Below are positions 1-11,865 of a stretch of 64,000 nt of DNA, piece by piece. A program made the translations under genes and the position numbers. The notes under the pieces are model-generated. The model made no database searches and was not told the origin of the DNA. It worked only from the letters and a program-made list of their open reading frames with translations. Origin of the DNA: Macrostomum lignano (taxonomy: Eukaryota); contig NIVC01003027.1 in the NCBI GenBank assembly GCA_002269645.1, forward strand, positions 60,593 to 124,592. The letters run 5' to 3'. The stretch's first letter is position 1. Each line of letters opens with the position of its first letter.

Positions 1-333
1 CTCTTAGCTGTCTGACTTGATTTCTTTGTTCAATTAATTTTTGTTTAAAACAGCTCTTTTTATATAAAAAAACTTGTTCGTCTTTAAAACTGTTACACCA
101 TATCGTTGCTCTGTGTCTTCCCAAGTTTTTATTGAAACAAATTAGGGTGCTTTCTGTCCTTAGTTCTTATCAGAATACTTCAAATTTGTCAGGTTAATTG
201 TGCGCAACATTTTTCCAACACGAGTATAGTGTAGTTAAAATATTCAACTCTTCAACTGTTCTCTGAGGCTTTCAGATCCTTCTTTTAAGATTCTAGTCCT
301 TTAGAATCTGTTAAATCCCTTTTTTGGGTGTTT

Positions 334-1529
334 GTCGATTCCTCAAGAATCCCAGAGAATCTGTTGGGATCCCATTTCTGGTTGTCGATTCCTCAAGAAT
401 CCCAGAGAATCTGTTGGGATCCCATTTCTGGTTGTCGATTCCTCAAGAATCCCAGAGAATCTGTTGGGATCCCATTTCTGGTGTCGATTCCTCAAGAATG
501 CCAGAGAATCTGTTGGGATCCATTTCTGGTGTCGATTCCTCAAGAATCCCAGAGAATCTGTTGGGATCCCATTTCTGGTTGTCGATTCCTCAAGAATCCC
601 AGAGAATCTGTTGGGATCCCATTTCTGGTTGTCGATTCCTCAAGAATCCCAGAGAATCTGTTGGGATCCCATTTCTGGTTGTCGATTCCTCAAGAATCCC
701 AGAGAATCTGTTGGGATCCCATTTCTGGTGTCGATTCCTCAAGAATCCCAGAGAATTCATTGGGATCCCATTTCTGGTTGTCGATTCCTCAAGAATCCCA
801 GAGAATTCATTGGGATCCCATTTCTGGTGTCGATTCCTCAAGAATCCCAGAGAATCTGTTGGGATCCCATTTCTGGTGTCGATTCCTCAAGAATCCCAGA
901 GAATCTGTTGGGATCCCATTTCTGGTGTCGATTCCTCAAGAATCCCAGAGAATCTGTTGGGATCCCATTTCTGGTGTCGATTCCTCAAGAATCCCAGAGA
1001 ATCTGTTGGGATCCCATTTCTGGTGTCGATTCCTCAAGAATCCCAGAGAATCTGTTGGGATCCCATTTCTGGTGTCGATTCCCAAGAATCCCAGAGAATC
1101 TGTTGGGATCCCATTTCTGATGTCGATTCCTCAAGAATCCCAGAGAATCTGTTGGGATCTCATTTCTGGTGTCGATTCCTCAAGAATCCCAGAGAATCTG
1201 TTGGGATCTCATTTCTGGTGTCGATTCCTCAAGAATCCCAGAGAATCTGTTGGGATCCCATTTCTGGTGTCGATTCCCCAAGAATCCCAGAGAATCTGTT
1301 GGGATCCCATTTCTGATGTCGATTCCTCAAGAATCCCAGAGAATCTGTTGGGATCTCATTTCTGGTGTCGATTCCTCAAGAATCCCAGAGAATCTGTTGG
1401 GATCTCATTTCTGGTGTCGATTCCTCAAGAATCCCAGAGAATCTGTTGGGATCTCATTTCTGGTGTCGATTCCTCAAGAATCCCAGAGAATCTGTTGGGA
1501 TCTCATTTCTGGTGTCGATTCCTCAAGAA
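334..1529. repeat. 49-50 bp minisatellite (GTCGATTCCTCAAGAATCCCAGAGAATCTGTTGGGATCCCATTTCTGGT), ~24 copies
   Basis: Direct tandem repetition. It explains the overlapping ORFs at 324-1681, which are not genes. Confidence 0.95.
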
Positions 1530-2451
1530 CCCCGAAGCAGAAATCAGTCTACAAAAATTTTCCTGAAATTTTCTACGACTATCTACAGATACTACTTACA
1601 GTACTGTATTTTGATCTAGCTTTTAGTAGGCTCTGCGAGTTCTCAAAGTCGTCATTCTGGTCGCACAAGCCTACAGTGTGATATCTATATATAATTATTA
1701 TGAGCAGGAGCAGAATAGCATATGTGTAAGTAATGATAGATAATTTATATACATTAATATTACGCGCCTGTTGCATAGAAATTAGTTTTACAATTAATTT
1801 ACTACTCAAACTGATTGAGTATATGCCTAACACACATACGGTTCTGATTGCAAGCAGTGGCTCTTCATTTTGTATTAAATGGTTTTTTTTCTTTCGCATC
1901 GCGCCTTCGCTAACTCTAATCTGCTTGCTTGTAAAGAATTTCATTCAATTGAGAAAATTAAATCATTTTTTGGTTATACATTTAGTTAGTTGCGCTTTTT
2001 TTTAGCCACTTTATTGCTGATTAAAATGATTTTTTGGCGATGGGTGTCTGGAAAGCAGTGTTACGAAAAGAGACGGTTAGTTGATTGAATAAAGCAACTC
2101 GCTCAATCAAAATGACACCAAATTTTGCACCCACCCTAAACTCACTACGGAGTGTCTTGGGCTACCTAAAATTTCCTAAATTAAAATGCTTCCTGTCTAA
2201 AAGGGAAAAATCCTCCATAGCGTTGCTTCACTTTACCAATCCTATTCAAATTTGACACAAAAATCTTCAACTATTTTGGTCATTAATTCTGAACGGCGCT
2301 GTGCACTTTTAAAGTTGGCTTGTTTTTTTTTCAGAGCGACAACCACCCCAACCTTTGCTTGGCTCCTTCCTTATCTGGCCAGATGTGTAAAATCTTGCAA
2401 CTTTCTTTCGCACGCATTCGCTGTCTATGACCAAAACCAAGACAGTAAACG

Positions 2452-2767
2452 ACACACACACACACACACTCTCTCTCCCTCTCTCTCTACCCTCTCTCCT
2501 CTCTCTCCCTCTCTCTCTACTCTCTCTCCCTCTCTCTCCTCTCTCTCTACTCTCTCTCTCTACTCTCTCTCTCTCTCTCTCTCTCTACTCTCTCTCTTCC
2601 TCTCTCTCTCTACTCTCTCTCCTCTCTCTCCCTCTCTACTCTCTCTCCTCTCCCTCTCTCTCTCTACTCTCTCTCCCTCTCTCTCCTCTCTCTCTACTCT
2701 CTCCTCTCCCTCTCTCTCTCCTCTCTCTCTCCCTCTCTACTCTCTCTCCTCTCTCTCTCCCTCTCTC
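2452..2767. repeat. CA/CT-rich microsatellite tract
   Basis: (CA)n followed by degenerate (CT)n. Source of the Ser/Leu low-complexity ORFs. Confidence 0.95.
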
Positions 2768-3399
2768 AGTGGAACCAATTGTGTGGGCCCTGCGGTTTTT
2801 ACTAACAATGAGCTTCGATCAAAAGTAGCACTACTTTCCGGACGTCCCTCGTACTTTTTTTTAAGATGACGCGTATTTCTGCTTTTCTCCATCCAATTAT
2901 TACAGATTCTTAAGAGATGAGAAACTCCCTTGAAATTAGCGCATTGGATTTTATTTGTACTCTTGAATGCTGCGTGATTTTTTAAGGAAAAAACTGCACA
3001 ATTGTCTTTGCTTTTTGAGTTTTATTTTGTTTGTTTGTTTGCGTCCATTTTTTCGTCGCGTTAAGTTGGGACCCAGTCTTGTCTGTTAACCCTCTTTGTA
3101 GGACTCTTTTTGTTTAAAATATATAGTGAGAACCTCTGCAATTTTTTAAGTGTTCGTCTTTTTTTCGCTTTTTAATATTATTTCTATTTTTAAATCCGAT
3201 TTAGCTCCCGTGAGGAGAGTCAAATTGCTAGTCTAATATACTAAGAATTTCGTTTCTACAAATTAAATGAGGAACTATTTTAGTAAATGAAGCATAACAC
3301 AAAGCTAATTTAGCCAAATTATCAATGAGAAAATTTGGTTACCTGAAAATCCCTCAAATATTCCTTAATAAGATTCCCTATTCCCTGAGATCCAATGCC

Positions 3400-3680
3400 C
3401 AGGACTTTATTGGGACTCCCAGAACACTCAGGGCTTCAAGATATCCCATTGGGACTTCCAGAACACTCCAGTGCCTCAAGATATCCCATTGGGATTCCCA
3501 GAACACTCCAGTGCCTCAAGATATCCCATTGGGATTCGCTGAACACTCCAGTGCCTCAAGATATCCCATTGGGATTCCCAGAACACTCAGTGCCTCAAGA
3601 TATCCCATTGGGATTCCCAGAACACTCAGTGCCTCAAGATATCCCATTGGGATTCCCAGAACACTCAGTGCCTCAAGATG
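3400..3680. repeat. 39-40 bp minisatellite (GCCTCAAGATATCCCATTGGGATTCCCAGAACACTCAGT)
   Basis: About 7 tandem copies, sharing CTCAAGA-ATCCC and TGGGAT-CC words with the 334-1529 array. Confidence 0.9.
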
Positions 3681-3734
3681 CCCCGGATTTCGAATATTTA
3701 ATCTTTCTCGCCGTCCCGAACCGCCCGCCGCCAG

Positions 3735-6543
3735 CGCGCAGCCCACCCGCCGTCAAAGTGTCGCTCTCACGCATAATCGAAGACGTGACGACGCGGGCGG
3801 CCGCGGCAGCGGCCGACGCCGCAGCGGCGGCCGGCGGCGGCGATGCGTCCTCGGTGACGCCGCCGAGGCCGGCAAAGCCGCGCAAGCCGGCTGGCACCGG
3901 GCGCCGGTCCCGGCAGGCGCGCCGCGATCCCCAGGAGCCGGTGAATCCCCGGTCGGCCTACACCGTATTCGTCAAAGAGAAGATGGAGCAGCTTGGCGCG
4001 CATATTAAAGACACGCCGGAGCTGAAGCTGAAAGGTCGCGACCAGATTAAAGTGGTAGCGCAGCAGTGGCGCGACCTGTCAGCGGATGAGAAGCAGCGCT
4101 ACCAGCAGCTCTATACCAAAGCGTTCGCCGCCTACGAGCAGGAGTTGTCAGCCTACAAGCAGACTGAAGCGCACCGGGCCTTTCAAGAGAAGCTCAAAGC
4201 GTTGGACGCGCAACGGTCGGCTAGCAATCATCCGTCTACGTCGGCGCCAAGTCCGGCTAAGAGAGCCAAAACTGGTTCCGGCGCTGGCAGCGGCGCGGGA
4301 AGCGGCGCCGGAGCTCGTCCTGGCGGCGCCGCTGCGGCGGGGGCGGCGGCGACTGCGCCGGCCGCTACTGCTGGCGTCCGGAAATCAACTGGGGACGAGT
4401 CGTCCATTCTCAATAATAGCCAAGCGGCCGGGTCTGTTGTTGTCAACCAGCAGCAACCGCAGCAGCAACAGCAACAGTCACTTCAGCAGCAGCTGCTGGT
4501 CCCGACTACAGTGGGCCACCAGCAGCTGCTGGTACCGGCTGGTCAGCAGCAGATGCTACTACCGGCTGGAGCTCAACAACAGGTGCTGGTGCCCGCTAGT
4601 GCTCAACAACAGGTACTGGTGCCCGCTAGCGGTCAGCAACAGGTGCTCGTGCCTGCTAGTCGTCAGCAACAGATGCTGGTGTCTGCCGGAGGTCAGCAGC
4701 AGATGCTAGTGCCCGCTAGTGGTCAGCAACAGGTGTTAGTACCAGCTAGCGGTCAGCAGCAGGTGCTGGTGTCTGCCAGCGGTCAGCAACAGGTGCTGGT
4801 ACCAGCCAGCCAGCTGTCCGGGCTGAATACTGGGCAGCAGCAGTTCCTGGTTCCGGCGGGCGGGCAGCAACAGGTGAGCTCGAAATTCTGTGCTTAATTT
4901 GATATGCTCGGGAGTGAGATTTCCAGTGTGCCAGTCCAGATAGAGTGAGATTTCCAGTGTGCCAGTCCAGATAGAGTGAGATTTCCAGTGTGCCAGTTCA
5001 GATAGAGTGAGATTTCCAGTGTGCCAGTCCAGATAGAGTGAGATTTCCAATGTGCCAGTCCAGATAGAGTGAGATTTCCAATGTGCCAGTCCAGATAGAG
5101 TGAGATTTCCAATGTGCCAGTCCAGATAGAGTGAGATTTCCAATGTGCCGGTCCAGATATAGAGTGAGATTTCCAATGTGCCAGTCCAGATATAGAGTGA
5201 GATTTCCAATGTGCCGGTCCAGATATAGAGTGAGATTTTCAATGTGCCAGTCCAGATATAGAGTGAGATTTCCAATGTGCCGGTCCAGATATAGAGTGAG
5301 ATTTTCAATGTGCCAGTCCAGATATAGAGTGAGATTTCCAATGTGCCAGTCCAGATATAGAGTGAGATTTCCAATGTGCCAGTCCAGATATAGAGTGAGA
5401 TTTCCAATGTGCCGGTCCAGATATAGAGTGAGATTTTCAATGTGCCAGTCCAGATATAGAGTGAGATTTCCAGTGTGCCAGTCCAGATAGAGTGAGATTT
5501 CCAATGTGCCAGTCCAGATAGAGTGAGATTTTCAATGTGCCAGTCCAGATAGAGTGAGATTTCCAATGTGCCGGTCCAGATATAGAGTGAGATTTCCAAT
5601 GTGCCAGTCCAGATATAGAGTGAGATTTCCAATGTGCCGGTCCAGATATAGAGTGAGATTTTCAATGTGCCAGTCCAGATATAGAGTGAGATTTCCAATG
5701 TGCCGGTCCAGATATAGAGTGAGATTTTCAATGTGCCAGTCCAGATATAGAGTGAGATTTCCAATGTGCCAGTCCAGATATAGAGTGAGATTTCCAATGT
5801 GCCAGTCCAGATATAGAGTGAGATTTCCAATGTGCCGGTCCAGATATAGAGTGAGATTTTCAATGTGCCAGTCCAGATATAGAGTGAGATTTCCAATGTG
5901 CCAGTCCAGATATAGAGTGAGATTTCCAATGTGCCGGTCCAGATATAGAGTGAGATTTTCAATGTGCCAGTCCAGATATAGAGTGAGATTTCCAATGTGC
6001 CAGTCCAGATATAGAGTGAGATTTCCAATGTGCCGGTCCAGATATAGAGTGAGATTTTCAATGTGCCAGTCCAGATATAGAGTGAGATTTCCAATGTGCC
6101 AGTCCAGATATAGAGTGAGATTTCCAATGTGCCAGTGAGCTCTTAATTCTGGTCTCTATTGAATCGGTGAATTCGGATTTCAAGCAGTGGCTCTGAGCTC
6201 CATCACCCCCCATATTTGCCAGCAGATGCTGATGGCGGGCGGGCCGGGCGGGCAAGGCCAGCAGCTGCTCATGCCGGCTGGTCAGCAGCTGATGCAGCTC
6301 CAGAATCTGCCTGGCCTGCCGCCTGGCACAGTGGCTCTGCTAGCTGTCACCCAGGGTCCTATGCCCGGCCTCGCTCAGGTGGCCACAGTTGGTGGACAGT
6401 CTCTGTCCAGCTTCCAGGAGCTTGTACAGTCGGCTCAGCCGCAGCAGCAGCAGCAGCAGCAGCAGCCTCAGCAACAGCAGCACATGTCGACGCAGATTCA
6501 GCAACAGCAGCAACAGCAACAGCCTTCTCAACAGCTTCATCAT

Positions 6544-6581
<38 letters not shown>

Positions 6582-6894
6582 GCAACAGCAACAGCACATG
6601 CAGACTAGCAAAGCCGTCAGCACAGCAGATTTGGCAGCCAGCATTCAACGCATAGCGGAAGATTTTAACGCCGGATCAGAAGACCGACTGCGAGCGGCGG
6701 AAGAATCTGTCCGACAATTGCGCGCCAGAATGACTGACGTTCAGGCGGCCTACAGGCAGCAGGGCCTGGCGCAGAACTTTGTGCCGGATTTGCAAGCTCA
6801 GATTGACCGGGTGCTGCCAGCTCTGAGCTCCGTCAGGCCGGATGTGCTGGCTAATCTGCAGGAACTGGTTCGCTCGCTGATTTTGCCCACCTGA
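3735..6894 (+). CDS. HMG20A/B-like HMG-box protein with Gln-rich middle and C-terminal coiled coil; exons ~3735-4873 and 6223-6894; true start codon not identified
   Basis: HMG box RDPQEPVNPRSAYTVFVKEK...VVAQQWRDLSADEKQRY...YEQELSAYKQTEA. C-terminal FNAGSEDRLR...DVLANLQELVRSL resembles the HMG20 coiled coil. Phase-0 intron with CAG|GTGAGC donor (4874) and TTTGCCAG acceptor (6222). GC-rich codons. Confidence 0.75.
4911..6135. repeat. 30-32 bp intronic minisatellite (GAGTGAGATTTCCAATGTGCCAGTCCAGATATA)
   Basis: About 38 tandem copies filling the HMG gene intron. Explains the ORFs at 4736-6138. Confidence 0.95.
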
Positions 6895-7063
6895 CGCTAG
6901 GCTGAGACAGGGTGATGAAGTGTTGCTAATTCAAGTCGTGGCAAAATTTGAATATGGTAACTGGATTAGTCCTTTGTGTCACTCATGTTGCAGTCACTTG
7001 AAAGCTTTCTGCCACGATTTGAAAGTGCACAGGTCTTCTTCCCGTTCTTGTCTCATTCTCTCA

Positions 7064-7135
<72 letters not shown>

Positions 7136-7214
7136 TCTCTTTCCCCCCTCTCTCACTCTCATTCTTTCTCTCTCATTCTCTCTCTCTCTCTCACTCTTAT
7201 TCTTTCTCTTTCAT

Positions 7215-7249
<35 letters not shown>

Positions 7250-7290
7250 AACATTCCTCTCTCCATCCCTCTCTTCATTTCTATCTCCCT
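7064..7290. repeat. (CT)n/(CA)n microsatellite
   Basis: Dinucleotide runs 3' of the HMG gene. Confidence 0.9.
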
Positions 7291-8360
7291 CTCAGCCCAG
7301 CTTCTTAATTAGATTCAATCGTACGAGTATATGTTGTGTTGTTTGTGTTAATTATAATTAATATAATTATTTGTTTCCGCGTTGTAATTTATCCAATTGT
7401 ACGATTTTCTCTGTTGTTATTACTAAATTTTATTAAATAATCATGGCCGACAGTTTCCTGATTAATTCTATATACATTTATTAATTTTAATATCTTATTA
7501 AATGATCATCTTGTTTCACTGACGCACCAACAGTTTCGGTCCGATGCGGCAGTTCTTGTGTGTTGTTGTCTGTTTTTAAATTTTTTGCAAAATTATCCGA
7601 TCGGAAACTTTTAGACGCACACGTCCGCAAAGAATTCAAGCATAGAGAGCCGATTTTTTCCTGAGTTTGCTCCTTTCCTCTGCTTTACTTACTAATCTCC
7701 CGCTTTTTGAAAATGTTTCATTTCTACCAAATATCTTTGCTTGTGTAGCAGATTTGACTTTGTTTTAATCATTTGATTTGTCAAATGGCGGCAATTTTAA
7801 AATGCCGTCTGTGTCCTGCTCCTTGCGGGCCCCGTTCGCGGGCCTCTGTAATCATGTCTGTCTCTCTTACAAAAGCAGCTAATTTATATTTATTTAATCT
7901 TGCATTGATGATATATCTTACATTATAATTGTGTACATAAACTTGCACTTCAGTACAGTCACTATCTGTTTGTCTGTGTACACCGTGCGCATTGTGTAAG
8001 CCGCTTTAACGACTACACATTTAATACAACAAGTTAATAAATTGTTAATTATTATTACCTAATTACACTTATTGCGCAGTCAGCCCCGCCCTCTGTGTCA
8101 GCTTGGCCCAAATTAAGCTGGGGTGATTTCTTTGACAATTAGTACTTTTATATACAGTAGTATAAAACGTTTTGCTAGCTTAAAATGTGCGGTTTTTTGT
8201 CTGTTCTGCATACTTTGCCGCTCTTAATAGTTTGTTGAAGCAAACAAACTCTTTTTTTATTCTCTAAGCGCTCTAGTCTGAACCTGTAGTGACATCGCTA
8301 TGGTTATGATTATGCATATATGATCATCTTGTACGAATGATTCCCTACTAAAGTCTAGAT

Positions 8361-9489
8361 CAGGGTTCGGCAATTTTTTTATCTCAAGGGTCAGATAGAG
8401 AACCTAGCGCATCACTGCGGGCCAGAGGAGGGGAGAGAGATGAGATATAAGAGAAAGGAGAGGAAAGGCAAAGCGAAAAGCGAGGAGACGAGAGAAGAGA
8501 GGAGAGGAAAGAAGAGGAGAGGAGAGGAAAGAAGATAGGGGGAAAAGATAGGGGGAAAGAAGAGGAGAGGAGAGGAAAGAAGAGGAGAGGAGAGGAAAGA
8601 AGAGGAGAGGAGAGGAGAGGAGAGGAGAGGAAAGAAGAGGAGAGGAAAAGAGAGGAGAGGAAAGAAGAGAAGAGGAAAAGAGAGGAGAGGAAAGAAGAGG
8701 AGAGGAAAGAAGAAGAGAGGAGAGGAGAGGAAAGAAGAGGAGAGGAGAAGAGAGGAGAGGAAAGAAGAGGAGAGGAAAGAAGAGGAGAGGAGAGGAGAGG
8801 AAAGAAGAGGAGAGGAGAGGAAAGAAGAAGAGAGGAGAGGAGAGGAAAGAAGAGAGGGGGAAAGAAGATAGGGGGGAAGAAGATAGGGGGAAAGAAGATA
8901 CATGTAGGGGGAAAGAAGATAGGGGGGAAGAAGATAGGGGGAAAGAAGATAGGGGGGAAGAAGATAGGGGGAAAGAAGAGGAGAGGAGAGGAGAGGAAAG
9001 AAGAGGAGAGGAGAAGAGAGGAGAGGAAAGAAGAGGAGAGGAAAGAAGAAGAGAGGAGAGGAGAGGAGAGGAAAGAAGAGAGGAGAGGATAGGAGAGGAA
9101 AGAAGAGAGGAGAGGATAGGAGAGGAAAGAAGAGGAGAGGAGAGGAAAGAAGAAGAGAGGAGAGGAGAGGAGAGGAAAGAAGAGGAGAGGAGAGGAGAGG
9201 AAAGAAGAAGAGAGGAGAGGAGAGGAAAGAAGATAGGGGGGAAAGAAGATAGGGGGAAGAAGATAGGGAGAAAGAAGATAGGGGGGAAGAAGATAGGGGG
9301 AAAGAAGAGGAGAGGAGAGGAAAGAAGATAGGGGGGAAAGAAGAGGAGAGGAGACGAGAGGAGAGGAAAGGAGAGGAGAGGAAATTAGAGAGAAGACAGC
9401 TGAGAAGACCCTGAGCGGGCCGGATTGCTATTGTGAAGTTTCAAAGGATCGGATAGAGAGGTTCTGCGGGCCTGGTTTGCCGACCCCTG
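8361..9489. mobile_element. non-autonomous hAT (Charlie-like) element with an internal GA-rich microsatellite
   Basis: TIRs CAGGGTTCGGCAA ... TTGCCGACCCCTG. Flanks GTCTAGAT and ATCTAGCT (6/8 match, NTCTAGAN-type target). Interior 8425-9395 is GA-rich. Confidence 0.7.
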
Positions 9490-10425
9490 ATCTAGCTCGT
9501 TGATTAACAGAAATAGTTCAGTAATAATAATAATAATCTGCATATATGTATGCAGTTCATCGCATCCATTTTTAAATCTGACCCAATTGTGTCAGTTTTT
9601 CAATGTAAAACTACCTTACTATATTCAATATTCTGTAGTCTTAAAACATTCACTGCAATCTAAATATTGCTAGTGGTGTTAGTTACGAACTGTAATCCAC
9701 ATGGCTATTATAATAAAAACCAATAATTTACATTTCTCAACGCGTATTTTAACCGCGTGGACGTCCTTTTACAAAATAGTCAAGCTAAAAGTGCTATCTA
9801 TGCGTTAGATGACATCGGAGTTCGGTCTTGAAACTTGGTTTGTTATTTTTCTTTTTCTGATTTTTGGGGGGTCAGTCAAAAGTTAGGGCCGCTGTACACT
9901 CCTGTGTGTGTGCCTGTGATAATGACTGCGTACGTATCCGCGCGCTTGTGTGCCTGCTTAGGGGAGTCGGCGGAATGGGCAGTAATGCCTCTTACCGATT
10001 GTGACAATGTCGCTTAAAGTGCTCTACTAAGGTGCACACAGCTCCTCGCCTGTTATAAGACGTGTACCACCTGTTGTGCCAAGTTACTCTGGGGGCTGCT
10101 AAATTCAAATCGTAGAGGGTGTACACGCCTGAGGATGAGAAAGTCAGGGCCGCTGTTCACTCAGTGTGAGTGTGTACTTGTTGCGTATAGACTGCTTGCT
10201 CACTCCAGCTGCAAACAGACTTGACAGACAGAACTACATGTGGGCGTTTGCTAACGCCTGCCGAAGACTCACTGACTGGATTAGTCTATGGCTCTTAGAG
10301 CAAGAGACAGTCATCAGGAGCTTTTTACTCAGGCCACCCGACTTATCAGTCGAGTCAGAGAAGCAAGCGCTCGAGCTGGAACTATTTAATAATACTACAA
10401 AAGAGAGTGCTCAGTACTGCTCAGC

Positions 10426-10836
10426 ATGACCGGACTCAAAACTTGCGGCGGTGGTGGCGGCGGATTTGCCAGCTGCGCAATGGGCAGCGCCACCGACTTG
10501 GCCACTGAGAGCCAGGAGACCTGCGGCAACAACAGCGGCGGCGGCAACTCTGGCGAGGAGCGCCGGCCTTCCATCGACTTGAGCGCGTTGGAGCGCAAAG
10601 CTGTGCGCGGCGGCATCACCCGGTTCCACTGCCGCTACTTCCTGCGCCAGAGACAGTCGGATATGAAAAAGCAGCAGATGCAGCTGCAGCACCAGAACGA
10701 TGAGGACGAGCATCAGGACGACCAGCAGGCCAAGCAGCAGGATGAGCGGCCTGAGCAAGACAACCAGGCCGACACTGAGCAGCCGGAGCAGCAGAGCAAC
10801 CGGTTCGGCTCGAAGCGCTCGCAGAAGAAGAAATGA
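10426..10836 (+). CDS. small orphan protein (136 aa), Gly/Gln/Asp/Glu-rich with basic C-terminus
   Basis: GC-rich host-like codon usage in an AT-rich context, CAG immediately before the ATG, and AATAAA at 10951. Confidence 0.55.
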   Translation: MTGLKTCGGGGGGFASCAMGSATDLATESQETCGNNSGGGNSGEERRPSIDLSALERKAVRGGITRFHCRYFLRQRQSDMKKQQMQLQHQNDEDEHQDDQQAKQQDERPEQDNQADTEQPEQQSNRFGSKRSQKKK

Positions 10837-11865
10837 AAAAACATCAAATCCTTCGCTAACAGTTGAAAACAATTTAGAAAAATGGTTTCAGTTGACTGCG
10901 TGATCAAATTTTCACTTTTCACTTTCACTTCCGCCCGCCTGACGGCTTCCAATAAAGCTTATTTTTCTCCAGTCGGACCCTATTTGACTGTCGAGTGTCG
11001 GCTGCCGTCGCGCTTCAAGATTGTCGGCGCTTTGAATTGCTTTTGCTAATTTTTGCTGCAAGTGTTCATCTTGTATTGGCTTATTTTGCTTGTCTACAGA
11101 GCAACTGAAATCTGGCCTAATACTAATACTACTAATAATAGTATTAGAATTGATAATGAGTACAGGAGGGCCGTGGGCGCCCTGGCAACAACGCTTTCGG
11201 CGAAATTAATCCCCACAACCAGCGCTGACGGCAATTCCGCCCGTTCCGCTGACTCGTGAGTCATACGAACCTTTTAAATAATTTTTAACTGCGAGCCGCA
11301 GAATCGAACTTAGGAGACTTAGACACAAGAATCCCGAATATCTTGAGATCAACTCCGGTGTTGACCGGTTCTTGTGCCTGTCGACTGAGTTAAAATGCCA
11401 TTTGATTAATCGAAATTCTGAAAAACACCTTTGAAATTCATTAAAACAATCATCATTCTAAACAAAATTCAATTATATTGACAACGCTTCAACATCCGAT
11501 TTATTTCAGATTAATTTGAAAATACTTAAGATTATTTAGCAAAAAGTAGGATGTTAACTGTAAATTAAGAATACGGATTCTTTAGAACTCATGCTCGGAG
11601 GAAAAAAATGTCTCACAAGCGCGGAAGCTGACAATAAGACGCAGTGAAGCTGAAACTTACAAAAAATTAAAAAAAACATTTTAAAGGTTTAAAAAATTGA
11701 GAAGTATTGAAAATGTCTACCGAAACTCAACCGTTGCTTAGTATAATTGGCCAGGCAAATAAATATTTTAAATTAAACAAAAGCCCAGTGAGTGCATCTG
11801 AAATTCTCTAACCTAGCCCAGCAATGATCCAAATGAACCGTCGGCCGGATGCTTTTGAGCAGGTC

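Noticed and set aside
324-1681. Long overlapping ORFs in several frames (also 4736-6138, 11971-13189, 20920-21558, 22432-22963, 31049-32161, 33021-33427)
   Set aside because: All are translations of stop-poor tandem repeats, mostly intronic. None has domain motifs.
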